64,000 nt of DNA from Nemertoderma westbladi (lineage: Eukaryota > Animalia > Xenacoelomorpha). The translations under genes and the position numbers were made by a program. Under the pieces are notes generated by a model, which saw only the letters and a list, made by a program, of their open reading frames with translations, made no database searches and was not told where the DNA came from. Positions 64,000 through 64,000 of the stretch are shown here, in pieces. Position 1 is the stretch's first letter. Every line of letters begins with the position of its first letter. The stretch is from assembly GCA_032718475.1 (NCBI GenBank), contig JAUCBJ010008848.1:1-64000 (forward strand), written 5' to 3'.

Positions 64000-64000
64000 T

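Larger units (their letters stand above)
57092..64000 (-). mobile_element. BEL/Pao LTR retrotransposon copy C (second family): pol, extra ORF, 3' LTR; continues beyond the window
   Basis: pol 61437-64000, accessory ORF 58338-59786, LTR 57092-58259 (TGTT...TACA) with minus-strand PPT-like GGGAGCGG. Confidence 0.82.

Overview
AT-rich eukaryotic (probably invertebrate animal) genomic DNA. There is no prokaryotic gene, CRISPR array or rRNA. The only host gene is the 3' half of SGSM3 (TBC-SH3-RUN protein), on the minus strand in five exons with canonical GT-AG boundaries and consistent phases (26535-27036, 22729-22795, 19847-20179, 18306-18728, 6832-6964). Its introns hold satellites, an intact Rex1/Babar-type LINE, an RTE LINE and Helentron/HINE-like repeats. 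From about 33.7 kb to the end is a deeply nested stack of LTR and non-LTR retrotransposons, and several insertion boundaries are fixed by visible target-site duplications. The most notable observation is that two BEL/Pao LTR families with dissimilar LTRs both carry an extra sense-strand ORF between pol and the 3' LTR, where env would sit. It does not look like an envelope gene: it encodes a homologous multi-zinc-knuckle protein with a basic tail and is preceded by a candidate splice acceptor. All family assignments come from motif recognition by eye; no database search was run.
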